DNA from: Mustelus asterias
Lineage: Eukaryota
Assembly (NCBI RefSeq): GCF_964213995.1
Contig: NC_135812.1
Span: forward strand, 16,120,001 to 16,184,000
Direction of reading: 5' to 3'
DNA length: 64,000 bases
Below are positions 51,361 through 63,999 of this stretch, piece by piece; position 1 is the stretch's first letter, and every line of letters begins with the position of its first letter. The position numbers were made by a program, and so were the translations under genes. The notes under the pieces are model-generated. The model searched no databases. It was not told the origin of the DNA and worked only from the letters and a program-made list of their open reading frames with translations.

Positions 51361-51637
51361 ATAAACTTGTTTTGCCCATCAATATCTGCAACCTTGCTCC
51401 AGACACCAACCATCGATTTCCTTTGTTACATCTGGTTGACACAAATCTATCGATCTCCAATCAATTGTTAATTTTGAATCTCGGATCACTGCCAGTTTGT
51501 GGGAGTGAATTCCAAACTTGTGCCACCCTTTCTATGATGAAGTGTTTCCTAATATCACGCCTTTGAAAGTTCTGGCTCTAACTTGACCATATCCCCGAGT
51601 TCTGGTCTTCCCAATCGACAGAAATGTTTCCCCTAAT

Positions 51638-51953
51638 CGGCACGGTGGCACAGTGGTTAGCGCTGCTGCCTCTCAGCGCCGGGGACCCGGGTTCAATTCC
51701 GGCCTCGGGTCACTGTCTGTGTGGAGTTTGCACGTTCTCCCCGTGTCTGCGTGGGTTTCCTCCGGGTGCTCCGGTTTCCTCCCACACTCCAAACGACATG
51801 CTGATTGGGTGTATTGGTCATGCTAAATTGGCCCTTAGTGTCAGGGGGGATTTTCAGGGTAAATATGTGGGGTTACGGGGATACGGCCTGGGTGGGATTG
51901 TTGTTAGTGCAGGCTCAATGGACCGAATGGCCTCCTGTACTGTGGTGATTCTA
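51638..51953 (+). mobile_element. HE1 SINE inside an old minus-strand CR1 relic (~51440-52060)
   Basis: Full HE1 with degenerate CR1 on both sides. Confidence 0.75.
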
Positions 51954-52509
51954 TCCATTCACCTTGATATCTTGAAAACTGATTAAATCATCCCCATACC
52001 TTCTAAATTCAAGAAAAAGCCACCCCAGTTTGTCTGATACCCGCTTGTGGCTTAATTCCTGGAGTCCAAGAATGGGAACTCTCTCTCGATCTTTTCCATT
52101 CACTGTCTGAAGGACAGTCCTCCTCCGATCATGCATTGTCCCCTCCAAATAGTGCACTTAATCTGGTTTTAATAATTGACTGGGGGGGGGAGGACCCACG
52201 ATATTGCCATGGGAACACCCATTTAGTCCAGCAGCTGGGATTCATAGCTCATCCCAAATGATGCAGCGCCTTCAACAATGCAGCACTCCCTCAATAAGTC
52301 ACTGACATCAATATAAACTTATATCCCAAAAGCCTGTCTGGGCCTTAAACCCAAGGCCTTCTGACTTGGCAGGAGTGTTGAGTGGAGTTCACACGTTCCT
52401 TAGACAACCTGAGCAAAAACCAACCAATCTTTTCCTAGAGGAACAGGTGAAGGCCATTCAGCCCATTAAGCCTGTTCTACCATCCAGTGAGATCTATCTT
52501 ATCTCAGCT

Positions 52510-52890
52510 GTTTTATTCAATCATGGGATATGCATGTGGCTGGCTGGGCCAGCATTTGTTGCCCATTCCTAATTGCTGTTGGATTGAGTGGCTTGCTAGG
52601 TCATTTCAGAGGGCATTTGAAGAGTCAACCACATTGCTGAGGATCTGGAGTCACATATAGGCCAGACCAGGTAAGGGTGGCAGATTTCCTTCCCTAGAGG
52701 ACATTAGTGAACCAGATGAGCTTTGATGGCAATCGACAATGGTTTCATGGTCATCATTAGATTTTTAATTCCAGATATTTTTGATTCAAATTCAAATTTC
52801 ACAAATCTGCTGTGGCGGGATTCGAACCCGGGTCCGCAGAGCATTACCCCTGGTCTCTGGACTCTGCAGTGCCGCTAGGCCACTATCTCC
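52510..52890 (-). mobile_element. Family-B SINE
   Basis: Reverse complement of the family pattern. Confidence 0.8.
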
Positions 52891-54009
52891 CTCAACCATT
52901 TTCCATGACATTCTTACCAAATCTGAGAAACTGTCTCTCCACTGACTTTTTGAGAGTAAGAATTCTAGGTTTTTTTGCTTTAATTTGCTTGAAAGATTAG
53001 AGGAGAACATTTTTTTCCTCAGTAGAGTCTGGGACCTGTGCTTGTTGCTGCAGCTTCTTTTGCCATCTTGACGCCATCGCACCCTCCAAACTCCCTCTGG
53101 CTTCTTTTGTGAATGTTCTGTTTTACACTCTCCCCATTTCCACGGTGAAATGTTGATCCCGACCAAAGCATTCAAATCGCTGGACTAAAGGTGCATTGTG
53201 AGTCAGCGTTGAACTGTGGACAATATAGGGGCTTTCATCGGCAGCCAAGTTAGGAAACACACACACACACAACGCTGGAACCTACTACAACCAGTATAAA
53301 TAAAACCATCGCAGCACGCTTTAGAATTGAGCACAAATAGCATAAATAAATCCTTTTCCGCTGCCAACACTTCCTTTCAATTTTCTGATTCATTCCGAGG
53401 GGATTCTTCACCGATTGTACCCAATCCCTCTACTTGACTCTTAAATAACAGGCAGCTCTATTCAAATAAGCGTCCAGGTTCTGAATCTCCCTTGCTTTCC
53501 GCAACCACTGCTTTGCCTTTTGGAGTAAGTGACATGGGTTTTGAAGCTGCCCTGGGCTGTGCTTCACGCTGGAGGTGAATTGTACCATCACGGGGTAGGG
53601 GGGGATCAGTACCCCTCCCTTTAACAGCCAGTCCAGTTCTGTGTGTGGCGAATATTGTAACTTTTTGGGGTGCTGAGGGGCCTCCTGAGATTGAACTGAT
53701 GCCAGGGATGGGGAGGCAACTGAGGCATACGAGAGCTTTTTTCCTCATTCTGAAACGTTGGCACAATTACATTTCCACAGCTTAGTTGAAAGCCCTCCTT
53801 TCTAATTCCCTTTTCGCTTGCCTTTCCCCCCAGCCTGAGGGATCATTCATCTAAAAGTCAGATGGGGGTCGCATTGTATCAATTGAATTGTGGTAAAGGT
53901 GACTTGTTTTTGTTTGAAGCAAGTATGGCTGTGAGGGCCTGAGATGGATCTTCTTATCCCACCACCCCATGTACAAAATAATAACACAGCAAATATCCTG
54001 GACACTGAC

Positions 54010-54770
54010 TTCGATTTGATTTATTAGTGTCACATAGAATTGTAGACTCACTAGAGTGCAGAAAGAGGCCATTTGGCCCACCGAGTCTGCACCGACTATT
54101 ACCCAGGTTTACCCAGTAATCCCACTAACCGAAGGGGCAATTTATCATGGCCAATCTTTGGAGTGTGAGAGGAAACCGGAGCACCCGGCGAAAGCCCACG
54201 CAGACATGGGGAGAACGTGCAAACTCTACACCGAGAATCACCCTGGCGCTGTGAGGCAACAGTGCTAACTTATTGGGATGCAGTGAAAAGTATTGCTTCT
54301 TGCGCCAAACAGACATAACATACCATTCATAGAGTCTGTAGGGGAGAAGGAAAAGAGAGGGTGCAGAATGTTACAGTCACAGCTGGGGTGTAGAACACAA
54401 TTAAAGTTTAAAAGAGTAAGAGGACAGTTTTAAGAGCATAGAATGAGAGTAACGGCACAGTGGCACAGTTGTTAGCACTGCTGCCTCACACCGCCAGGGA
54501 CCCAGGTTCGATTCTCGGCTTGGGTCACTGTTTGTGTGAAGTCTGCACATTCTCCCCATGTCTGCGTGGGTTTCCTCCAGGTGCTCCGGTTTCCTCCCAT
54601 ACTCCAAAGGTGTTCGGATTGGGTAGATTGGCCATGGTAAATTGACCCGAGTGTCAGGGGAAGTAGTAGGGTAAATACATGGGGTTATGGGGACAGGGCC
54701 TGGGTGGGATTGTGGTCGGTGCAGACTCTATGAGCCAAATAGCCTCCTTCTGCACTTAAGGGATTCTATG
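54010..54770. mobile_element. Rex1 3' UTR (minus) with nested HE1 (minus, ~54033-54270), then HE1 (+, 54452-54770)
   Basis: Pattern matches to other copies in the window. Confidence 0.75.
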
Positions 54771-55510
54771 ATAGAACAGGGGAGTGGGTGGAAAACAGCT
54801 AATATCCTGGGAACTAACAGCGGGGGCGGATGGGGGTTGTGGTGGGAATTATCTTCCTTACTGCCCGGGCTGGGATATCGAATAGATTGAACTCTTGTGC
54901 AGTGCAGTGTATCAGCAAGGCTTGCAGAGGGTTAATAAAGTTTACCTTACAACTTGAGCTGCTGAATGTAGGATGAGTGTAAGCCAGGGTGGAGCATTAG
55001 TGCCAACATCTTGAGCCAAGTGGCTTGTTTCTGCGTTGTACACTCCATGCGCGGTTAAGAGCCCCGGGGCTTTTGGGTTTGGTTGCAAGAACGCAGCTGT
55101 GGTATATCGTTGGTGCTGCAAATACTCTCCACTGCCCTCATCGCACAATGTACGGTGTGCCCCCACACTCCCCGGATAGTCAGCACTGCAATAACTTTTT
55201 TAAAATGTTCTTTTGTTCCACATCAATGAATACACAACTGGTAGACAAATGTATTCCACTCTGCAGCACTGTGTGGCTGCAGTCCAGAGAGTGGATGAAT
55301 GTCGCTCTCAGAGACTCCTACCACCTGCCTTGGGAACCAGTGACGGGTAGACATTCTTTGAGGGGGGGAATCGGAACCCACATGACCTGTGGCCAAACAC
55401 AGCAGATTCATTGGAGCGTCGCTGCCAATGATGTCTTTTTAGAATTGTGCAGCTTTGAATTTATGTCTGGCTGTTATTTTAGTTTCATCTCCAGTTAGTT
55501 TATGCCAAGC

Positions 55511-55865
55511 GATGGCACGGTGGTTAGCACTGCTGCCTCACAGCGCCAGGGACCCGGGTTCAATTCCAGCCTTGGGTCACTGTCTGTGCGGAGTTTGCAC
55601 GCTCTTCCCATGTCTGTGTGGGTTTCCTCCGGGTGCTCTGGTTTCCTCCCACACTCCAAATATGTGCAGGTTACGTTGATTGGCCGTGTTAAATTGACCC
55701 TAGTGTCAGGGAGATTAGCAGGGTAAATATGTGGGGTTATGGCGATAGGTCCATATTCGATTGGACCTATTCGATTGGCGATAGGTCCAATCGAATATGG
55801 ACCCATTGTGGTGGGTCCATGTTCGATGGACCAAATGGCCTCCTTCTGCACTGCAGGGATTCTAT
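55511..55865 (+). mobile_element. HE1 SINE with palindromic replacement in its tail
   Basis: HE1 pattern except 55741-55825. Confidence 0.85.
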
Positions 55866-56128
55866 TCAAGATGTCAAGGGTTCCTATTGTGTGATGAAGA
55901 TAAAGTTTGTTCATTCGTTTCACAAGTAGACTTACATTAACACTGCAATGAAGTTACTGTGCAAATCCCCTTGTTGCCACATTACAGCTGTTGGACTAGA
56001 GTCATATATGGGACAGTCAGAGTAAGGATGGTGGATTTCCTTTCATAAAGGGCATTAATGAACCAGAATGGTTTTTAATGACAATTAGGGAGTTTCATCT
56101 AATTGAATATAAATTAACTTCTGAATTA

Positions 56129-56500
56129 AGGGTGGCACGGTGACACAGTGGTTAGTGCTGCTACCTCACAGCACCAGGGACCCGGCTTCAATTCCGGCTT
56201 TGGGTGACTGGCTGTGTGGAGTTTGCACGTTCTCCCCGTGTTTGCGTGGGTTTCCTCCGGGTGCTCTGTTTTCCTCCCACAGTCCAAAGATGTGCAGGTT
56301 AGGTGGATTGGCCATGCTAAATTGACTCTTGGTGTCCAAAGATGTGCAGGTTAGGTGGGTTGACCATGCCAAATTGTCCCTTAGTGTCAGGGGGATTAGT
56401 GGTGTAGATGCGCAGGGTTAGGGCCTGGGTGGGATTGTTGTCGGTGCAGGCTCGATGGGCCGAATGGCCTCCTTCTGCACTGAAGAGATTTTACGATTCT
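56129..56500 (+). mobile_element. HE1 SINE with internal duplication
   Basis: gtccaaagatgtgcaggttaggtgg...aaattg occurs twice. Confidence 0.85.
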
Positions 56501-57769
56501 AATTGCCGTTAATATTGAAGTTGCTTTGTTGACTAGCTAGGTGTATCTGAACGAGGTGAGAAAGCTCCTGCTTGGTGAGTGAAGCCGTTCTTTGGCATGA
56601 CCCTCGAGTTCTAATATCTGTCAAAGCTTTGATTTATTTCCCTTCAGTCTCAATCATGTACAGAACTGGTAATTCAGACCAACTGTTCTGGCCTTGTTAC
56701 AATAACTTCAGGGACCGTGCACTGACTTTACAGATTTACATCATGCGTTATATCGGTAAAAAGTTTTAACTGGCACCAGGTTCAAATCTATTTTGGATTT
56801 GATTCAGTCAGAGTCCTGTCCGCTCCCTGAACCAAACTGTGATTAATCAGCAGGACCTGAATTTCAACGATTTTCCAAGTGTTTGTATTCCAAAAGTACA
56901 GCATGAATTTGGGATTGAGTTTGGAGTTCCAAGCACGCACCATGATTTTTACTTGTTGATCTTTCTCTCCTAACCCCAGTTGATGCATCATTTATCAGGG
57001 CAGCATTTGTTCGAATTGGAGCAGAACATTTAGTCTTTTGAATATCGCTCTGCGCTGCAGAATTCGATTCATTTTTAAATACAAGATTTCTGGTGTATTA
57101 AAGAAACAAGGGCAATGGTACATGTTCCAGAGTTGTCCCTCTTACCTTGCTTCTTGATCGTAGTTGCAGACGGTTCTCTTAACACAAGATTAGTTATGAA
57201 TATTTTAAGAGCAATAAATCTACTCTTCAGGTTGACCTTGGCATTTTCATCAGCTGATTAGTGGTTATTAAAATAATGTGATGCCCCATCAAATGTCCCT
57301 CATGTAGACTTTAACCTGGTTACTGTCCTCACGTTTCTGACAGCTTTGCCAACATTTTAATTCTCTGCGTCTCTCCTTGTGTCACTGGGAGTAAAGGGGA
57401 CTTGTGTTGCAGTGCCATCTCTCCGGCAATACCAACCTGTTGCCTTACGCATTTGACTGGCGAGGCCACAGAGTGGTGCGAAAGCATGACCGGGTGCATT
57501 GCTGCACCGTTTTAGACCGGGTGCGTTGCGGCGCCGGTTTGGACCGGGTTCAATCCCCGGCCTGTGCTGCACATATATAGCCCCAGTTTACCGAATTGTC
57601 GCTGTGGTCCTAGCCGATCTTTACTGGATGATTCTTGCTGGAACAGTGGAGGACTTCTGATGAGCACAGGATCTAGCTCAGCAGTGACGGCTCTGTGCAG
57701 GAATATTCTTTTCACACTACCAAACCTCACATGCAAGCTTAGATAGGCAAAGTAGCATGTACTGATCAC

Positions 57770-58612
57770 ACATCTTGATCAATTGGGCCAGTGGGCCGAT
57801 GAATGGCAGATGGAGTTTAATTTAGATAAATGTGATGTGATGCATTTTGGTAGATTGAATCGGGGCAGGATCTACTCAGTTAATGGTAGGGCGTTGGGGA
57901 GTGTTATGGAACAAAGAGATCTAGGAGTACAGGCTCATAGCTCCTTGAACGTGGAGTCACAGGTGGACAGAGTGGTGAAGAAGGCATTTAGCTTGCTTGG
58001 TTTCATTGGTCAGAACATTGAATACAGGATTTGGGACGTCTTGTTGAAGTTGTACAAGACATTGGTACGGTCACACTTGGAATACTGTGTATAGTTCTGG
58101 TCACCCTATTATAGAAAGGATATTATTAAACTAGAAAGAGTGCAGAAGAGATTTATTCGGATGCTATCGGGACTTGATGGTTTGAGTTATAAGGAGAGGC
58201 TGGATAGACTGGGACTCTTTTCCCTGGAGTGTAGGAGGCTGAGGGGTGATCTTACAGAGGTCTATAAAATAATGTGGGGCATAGATAAGGTAGATAGTCA
58301 ATATCTTTTCCCAAAGATAGGGGAGTCTAAAACTAGAGGGCATAGCTTTGAGAGGAGCGATACAAAAGAGTTCAAAGGGGCAATTTTTTCACAGAGGGTG
58401 GTGAGTGTCTAGAACAAGCTGCCAGAGGCATTCAGGACATTCCAGAGGTTGGTACAATTTGTCTTTTAAAAAGCATTTAGACAGATGGGTACGGTTGGTA
58501 TAGAGGGATATGTGCCAAACACGGGCAATTGGGGCTACCTTTGTGGTTAAAAACTGGGTGGCATGGACAAGTTGGGCCGAAGGGCCTGTTTCCATGCTGT
58601 AAGGGCCTGTTT
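57770..58612 (+). mobile_element. CR1 LINE 3' fragment
   Basis: WQMEFNLDKC, LYKTLVRSHLEYCV and RLRGDLTEVYKIM motifs, with stops. Confidence 0.9.
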
Positions 58613-59374
58613 CCTCTACTGGTGGGCCATGCCAAAGAGACAAAGGAAGGTTGTGACTGAGGAGAGATGCATTGTTCGCATTCTTAAAGGGTCTCTCTGT
58701 GTTGGGCTGAATATCTGTAAACAGCCGTAAACATTGATCAGCACTGTAACCTCTCCAAGATTTTAACAAATCATTAACAATTTGGACGTTCCACCCGTCA
58801 GTGGGGGCGACTTAAAATTGACGTTGCTGCAGGTACTCTCACTCACACCGCATCGCACAGGCAGCATTTAACAATTCAGAGGTGAAGAAAAGAGTGGAGA
58901 CAAAGGATCTTGAAGGGGTAGAAAGGATACATTTCACATTGCAGTTACCATAAATGAGAGTTATTCACTGTCTGCTCATTATTCGGAGCTGTTGCGTGCT
59001 TGTGGGTTGCCCTCAGCAATGCGCTAACCTTTTGCACTGTGCAGTGACGATGCTGTTCTAATCCTGTAAGTCCTCGCCACCGTCACACTGAGCTATTGAC
59101 TTGTAATGAAGGGTAACCAAGTGGGCCTCCCACTCGTCCTTGGCACAAGAGTTGCCAGCCCACCAGGATTGAACTGGAGTCTCCAGTAATTGAAGATTAA
59201 TTTTCAGGGCATTGCTGCAAGCAACATAGGAGAAGAATCAGTGGAGAATTAAAAACAACTTTCTTTTTTTCCCTTTGAACTCTGCTGTTTTGGCAATTAT
59301 CAAAATATTGGGAGTTGTGAAAAACTGTTTGGTCATTTAACTTGGGTCATTGAAGGACTTCTTGCTTTCCATTT

Positions 59375-59930
59375 AGAACATAGAACATAGAACAGTACAG
59401 CACAGAACAGGCCCTTCGGCCCACGATGTTGTGCCGACCTTCATCTGAAACCAAGATCAAGCTATCCCACTCCCTACCATCCTGGTGTGCTCCATGTGCC
59501 TATCCAATAACCGCTTAAATGTTCCTAAAGTGTCTGACTCCACTATCACTGCAGGCAGTCCATTCCACACCCCAACCACTCTCTGCGTGAAGAACCTACC
59601 TCTGATATCCTTCCTATATCTCCCACCATGAACCCTATAGTTATGCCCCCTCGTAATAGCTCCATCCACCCGAGGAAATAGTCTTTGAACGTTCACTCGA
59701 TCTATCCCCTTCATCATTTTATAAACCTCTATTAAGTCTCCCCTCAATCTCCTCCGCTCCAGAGAGAACAGCCCCAGCTCCCTCAACCTTTCCTCATAAG
59801 ACCGACACTCCAAACCAGGCAGCATCCTGGTAAATCTCCTCTGCACTCTTTCCAGCGCTTCCACATCCTTCTTATAGTGAGGTGACCAGAACTGCACGCA
59901 ATATTCCAAATGCGGTCTCACCAAGGTCCT
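59375..59930 (-). mobile_element. Young CR1 LINE 3' end
   Basis: Uninterrupted 155-aa ORF2 C-terminus; (tagaaca)3 tail. Confidence 0.92.
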
Positions 59931-59989
59931 GGGATGATGGTGAACATGAACATTTTAAACTACTTGTCTAGCTTGTGAGGATGGACAAG

Positions 59990-60325
59990 TTCATAGAAAC
60001 CCTACAGTGCAGAAGAGGCCTTTCGGTCCATCAGGTCTGCACCCACTCTCCGACAGAACATCTTACCCAGGCTCTATCCCCATAACCCAACATATTTACC
60101 CCATTAATTCCCCTAACCTATCCATCTTGGGACACTAAAGGACAATTTAGCATGTCCAATACACCTAACTTGCACATCTTTGGAGTGTGGGAGGAAACTG
60201 GAGCACCCGGAGGAAACCCACGCAGACACGGGGAGAACGTGTAAACTCCACACAGTCACCCAAGGCGGGAATTGAACCCGGGTCCCTGGCGCTGTGAGGC
60301 AGCAGGGCTAACCACTGTGCCACGC
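59990..60325 (-). mobile_element. HE1-like SINE
   Basis: Reverse complement of the HE1 pattern. Confidence 0.85.
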
Positions 60326-61889
60326 CAATGAAGACAAGAGATCATGCGATGAAACCTCTAGGAATATGTCCAGCCGCAATTGTCAGCCTTGTCTCTGCAT
60401 GCTGGGATAACCCCATCGCTTGACAACAATTCTCATCTTCTGTCACTGGGGAGAAAAGACGAGGAGAGAAATATTTTGAGTGGAAATACTACTCTGTGAT
60501 AAGAAAACCGCGACATTGGTAAAAGCAAAACACAAGGAAAGGACGACCACTTCCTGCTATTGTCTGGGTCATGTCGAGAAGGCAAATCCCAAAATATTCA
60601 TGTTGAATATTGTGAGGTGGTATAGTGTCCTCGCTCACCTTCAATATCTTGTGGTTATTTTCAGAATTGCATATTTAGAGCCACTAAACATTGGATTAGT
60701 CTTGACAGATCTTTGACGTTCTAAATTCAGCCAGTTAAAGCTCTGTAGGAAAGGGAGAGGCTATTCGGCCCATTGTGCTTTCAGCTGTCCCAATCGTCTG
60801 TCCTCTGCTCTCACTCTCTTTCTAAATTGCTCCCTTGTTTGAGTAGTTGCCTTTTCTGAAAAGCTGCTCGAATCTGAATGCAGCACGTTAATCTGGCAAG
60901 ACATTTCAATGTCCCAACAATCCTCTGTGTCTCCAAAGTGGTATCTTTGTGAACTCTCCCCGTTGCTATTTCTGTGATCCTCACGTATGTGCTCCATCTG
61001 TTCCATTTGCCCCAAGGGGGAAATTCACAAATCCTACTCTGGTATAATGCAGTAGTCTTGTGTTTAAACACTAAATTTAAGCTAGCCTGAATTTACCATT
61101 TGATTTTTCAATTCACCGGGAGCAAAGGCCAGTAAACCTTCCTATTTCTGTTGAATTTAAAGCCCACCCAGTTGTGTGTTTGAAATTCTTTGCACCGTTT
61201 TTCAGTGCCTATTTTTGCCGCTAAATGATTCCAGAGCCCTTGTACCTTGTATTTGTGTATTTCCTCCGCCTTGCTTCCAGCGGCCTTGCTGTTAACCTGA
61301 TTGCACTGACATTTAGTACCTATCTCGTTTGAATTTGTAATTAAAAATAGCAGCTCAGACGCGCATACAATAAACCATAATTCATCATAATGGCAAGATT
61401 GCCAAATCATCACAGCTCAGTTTTCAAATGACTTTTTATTTATAACATGGGGAGCACCAATGGAAATATCAAGTTGAAGGACATTATTTGCAGCAAGTAG
61501 GGGTGATCTCCAGAAATGCAGCAGGGTGTCTCAATCCTATCGCTGGGATGTGAGTGCGCCCATTGAAAGCCACAGCTCCTGACGCGCGATCCTGGGCACG
61601 CCAATAGATTCAAGGTGTGTCGGCACTTGGGGTTTCCCCTGCATGGTGATCACAGCAACGCACGTCACAGGCAAACCAGGAGTCTCTCCTCACGGCAGTT
61701 GGATGGATCTCAGCTGCCAGGAACACACAGCCAGGCAAGCTTCTTGGTGGAATGTGAATCGTCAGACTGAGGGGCAAGTCCAACTTTCATGTAACAGCTG
61801 ATCTGCACATTTACTACACGTGGCAGAGGGTTTAAAAACATTGGCACTGCAACACGACATAACTGTTTCAATTAACCTGTGTATGCGTC

Positions 61890-61917
61890 CGTGTGTGTGT
61901 GTGTGTGTGTGTGTGTG
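61890..61917. repeat. (GT)n microsatellite
   Basis: Read directly. Confidence 0.9.
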
Positions 61918-62031
61918 GGGAGACATGATTACCTATTGGCTGGGCAGGCAGCACGCAGTGAGATGGCCCTGTTATTTATATGACATCTGGAACACGGTCA
62001 CTGGCTTTCAGCCGAGAATAAAATATGTCCG

Positions 62032-62269
62032 AGATAAAAGCAAAATAGTGCGGATGCTGGAAGCTGAAACAAAAACAGAAAATGCTGGAAAATCTCAGCA
62101 GGTCTGGCAGCGTCTGTGGGGAGAGAATAGAGCTAATGTCCCGAGTCTGGATGACCCTTCCTCAGAGCCCAGCTCTGACGAAGGGTCATCGGGACTCGAA
62201 ACGTTGGCTCTATTCTCTCCCCACAGATGCTGTCAGACTTGCTGAGATTTTCCAGCACTTCCTGTTTTT
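62032..62269. mobile_element. Fold-back Penelope-like pLTR insertion
   Basis: Imperfect inverted arms ~62070-62168 / 62172-62270; 16-bp TSD gaataaaat(a/t)tgtccg (62016-62031 / 62270-62285). Confidence 0.85.
62171..62209 (+). ncRNA. Minimal type I hammerhead ribozyme motif
   Basis: AGCU-CUGACGA-A-GGGUC aucgg GACUC-GAAACGUU-GGCU: intact core, stems I and II pair, palindromic AACGUU stem III. Confidence 0.7.
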
Positions 62270-62555
62270 GAATAAAATTTGTCCGCTGCTCGAATCTCTC
62301 GTATCAAAACACTTCTTTTTAAAATAAAGTCTGCAAAAAAAGCTGATGCCATAATTGTCCCACTCTGAAGGTCTCTTATCTGTTTTGCAGTCGGAGCATA
62401 ACATGAACCTGCATTTGTATAGCACCTGTAATGTAGTAAAACATTCTAAGGTGCTTCGCAGGGTTATTTTAATTTCCATATTCATATTTTTAAAAGATTA
62501 TTTTCTGAAGCATAAAGAAATATCTTGTGTTTGCATTTGGCAGCCCAGTTGTGCA

Positions 62556-63270
62556 GGGCACGGTAGCACAGTGATTAGCACTGCTGCCTCACAATGCTAG
62601 GGACCCGGGTTCAATTCCCAGCTGGGGTCACTGCCTGTGCAGAGTCTGCACGTTCTCCCCGTGTCTGCGTAGGTTTTCTCCTGGTGCCCCAGTTTTCTCC
62701 TACACTCCAAAGATGTGCAGGTTAGGTGGATTGGCCACGGTAAATTGCCCCTTAGTGTCAGGGGGACTAGTTACGGTAAATGCATAGGGTCATGGGGGTA
62801 GGGCCTGGGTGGGATTGTGGTCGATGCAGACTTGATGGGCTGAATGGCCCCCTTCTGCACAGTAGGATTGTATGATTGTTATGAAGCTATTTGGCCCATT
62901 GAGTCTGCACCCACAGCAATCCCAACCATTTACCCTGCTAATCCCTCCAATTTATGCATCCCGGGACACTAAGGGGCAATTTAGCATGGCCAATGCACCT
63001 AACCTGCACATCTTTGGACTGTGGGAGGAAAACTGGAGCACCCAAAAGAAACCCACGCAGACATGGGGAGAATGTGCAAACTCCACACAGACAACGACCC
63101 AAGCCAGGAATTGAACCCAGGTCCCTGGAGCTGTGAGACAGCAGTGCTAACCACTGTGCCATCGTGCCGCCCCAGGTTACGAGGATAGGGTGAGATTGTT
63201 GTCGATGCAGGCTCGATGGGCCGAATGGCTTCCTTCTGCACTGTAGGGATTCTGTGAATCTATGACTCTA
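62556..63270. mobile_element. HE1 cluster (+ 62556-62880; - 62888-63172; + tail 63172-63270)
   Basis: Tail-to-tail adjacent copies forming a near-contiguous inverted repeat. Confidence 0.8.
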
Positions 63271-63894
63271 TGAAATAGCATAAGCATTAAATGGTTTGAC
63301 GTGGGCTAAGGAGTTAATTCTTTCTCCCAGAACAGGGTAGATTCATTAAATTCCAAATACCACCTAGGAATCTTTTAAATGTAGCGAAATAGACCAGGTT
63401 TCTGTCTATGCAGCACTCCCATTAGTGCAGCACTGAAGTGTCTCACTACATTGAGTTCCCCAATCCTAAAGGGGGGCTTGAGGCTGCCACCTCTTTAATT
63501 TGGAGGCAAGTGGGTTACCAGTGATCCAAAGTGATGAGTGATGTTTTGGTTGTGTTCTGGTCTTGTGAACTAAAATGAAATATTTTTTTAAATGCATGTG
63601 TTATTTCTTGAGCGCTGAAGGACAGAGAGAATCCAGAGTCGAAGGCTGGTTTATGGGGAGTTAGTTCATCTTGGTCTGAGAGGTGATGGATATGTGTCCT
63701 TGGGCTAAATGTTCTGCCAACAGAGGAATAAAAAAAAAAAGGTTTTAATATAGCCTTGCTCAATCGCTTATAATTTCTCTCCCTGAAACTTCTGTTGCTG
63801 ATTGGATTTATTATTAATAATCAATCTTGTGTTACCGAGTCGCATGAACATATTTTATTCATTGAGTTTAAGCGTCGTGTTCTTGCTTTTTCAG

Positions 63895-63999
63895 ATCTAT
63901 CCTGATCCCGAGTTGGAGGGCCAGATTCTGGCCCTGCCCATTCGTTGCATTCACAGTGAGGAGGGCTGCAGGTGGACAGGACAGATTAAACAGCTACAG
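63895..63999 (+). CDS. TRAF4: TRAF4 coding exon 3 (105 nt)
   Basis: tcttgctttttcAG acceptor, phase 0 and in frame with exon 2. Translates IYPDPELEGQILALPIRCIHSEEGCRWTGQIKQLQ (human, recalled: IYPDPELEVQVLGLPIRCIHSEEGCRWSGPLRHLQ). G64000 fits the first base of a GT donor. Confidence 0.96.
   Translation, partial: MYPDPELEGQILALPIRCIHSEEGCRWTGQIKQLQ

Noticed and set aside
57488-57570. ~28-bp GC-rich duplication before a B-box-like motif
   Set aside because: Most likely a local duplication in an old SINE head; no supportable structure.
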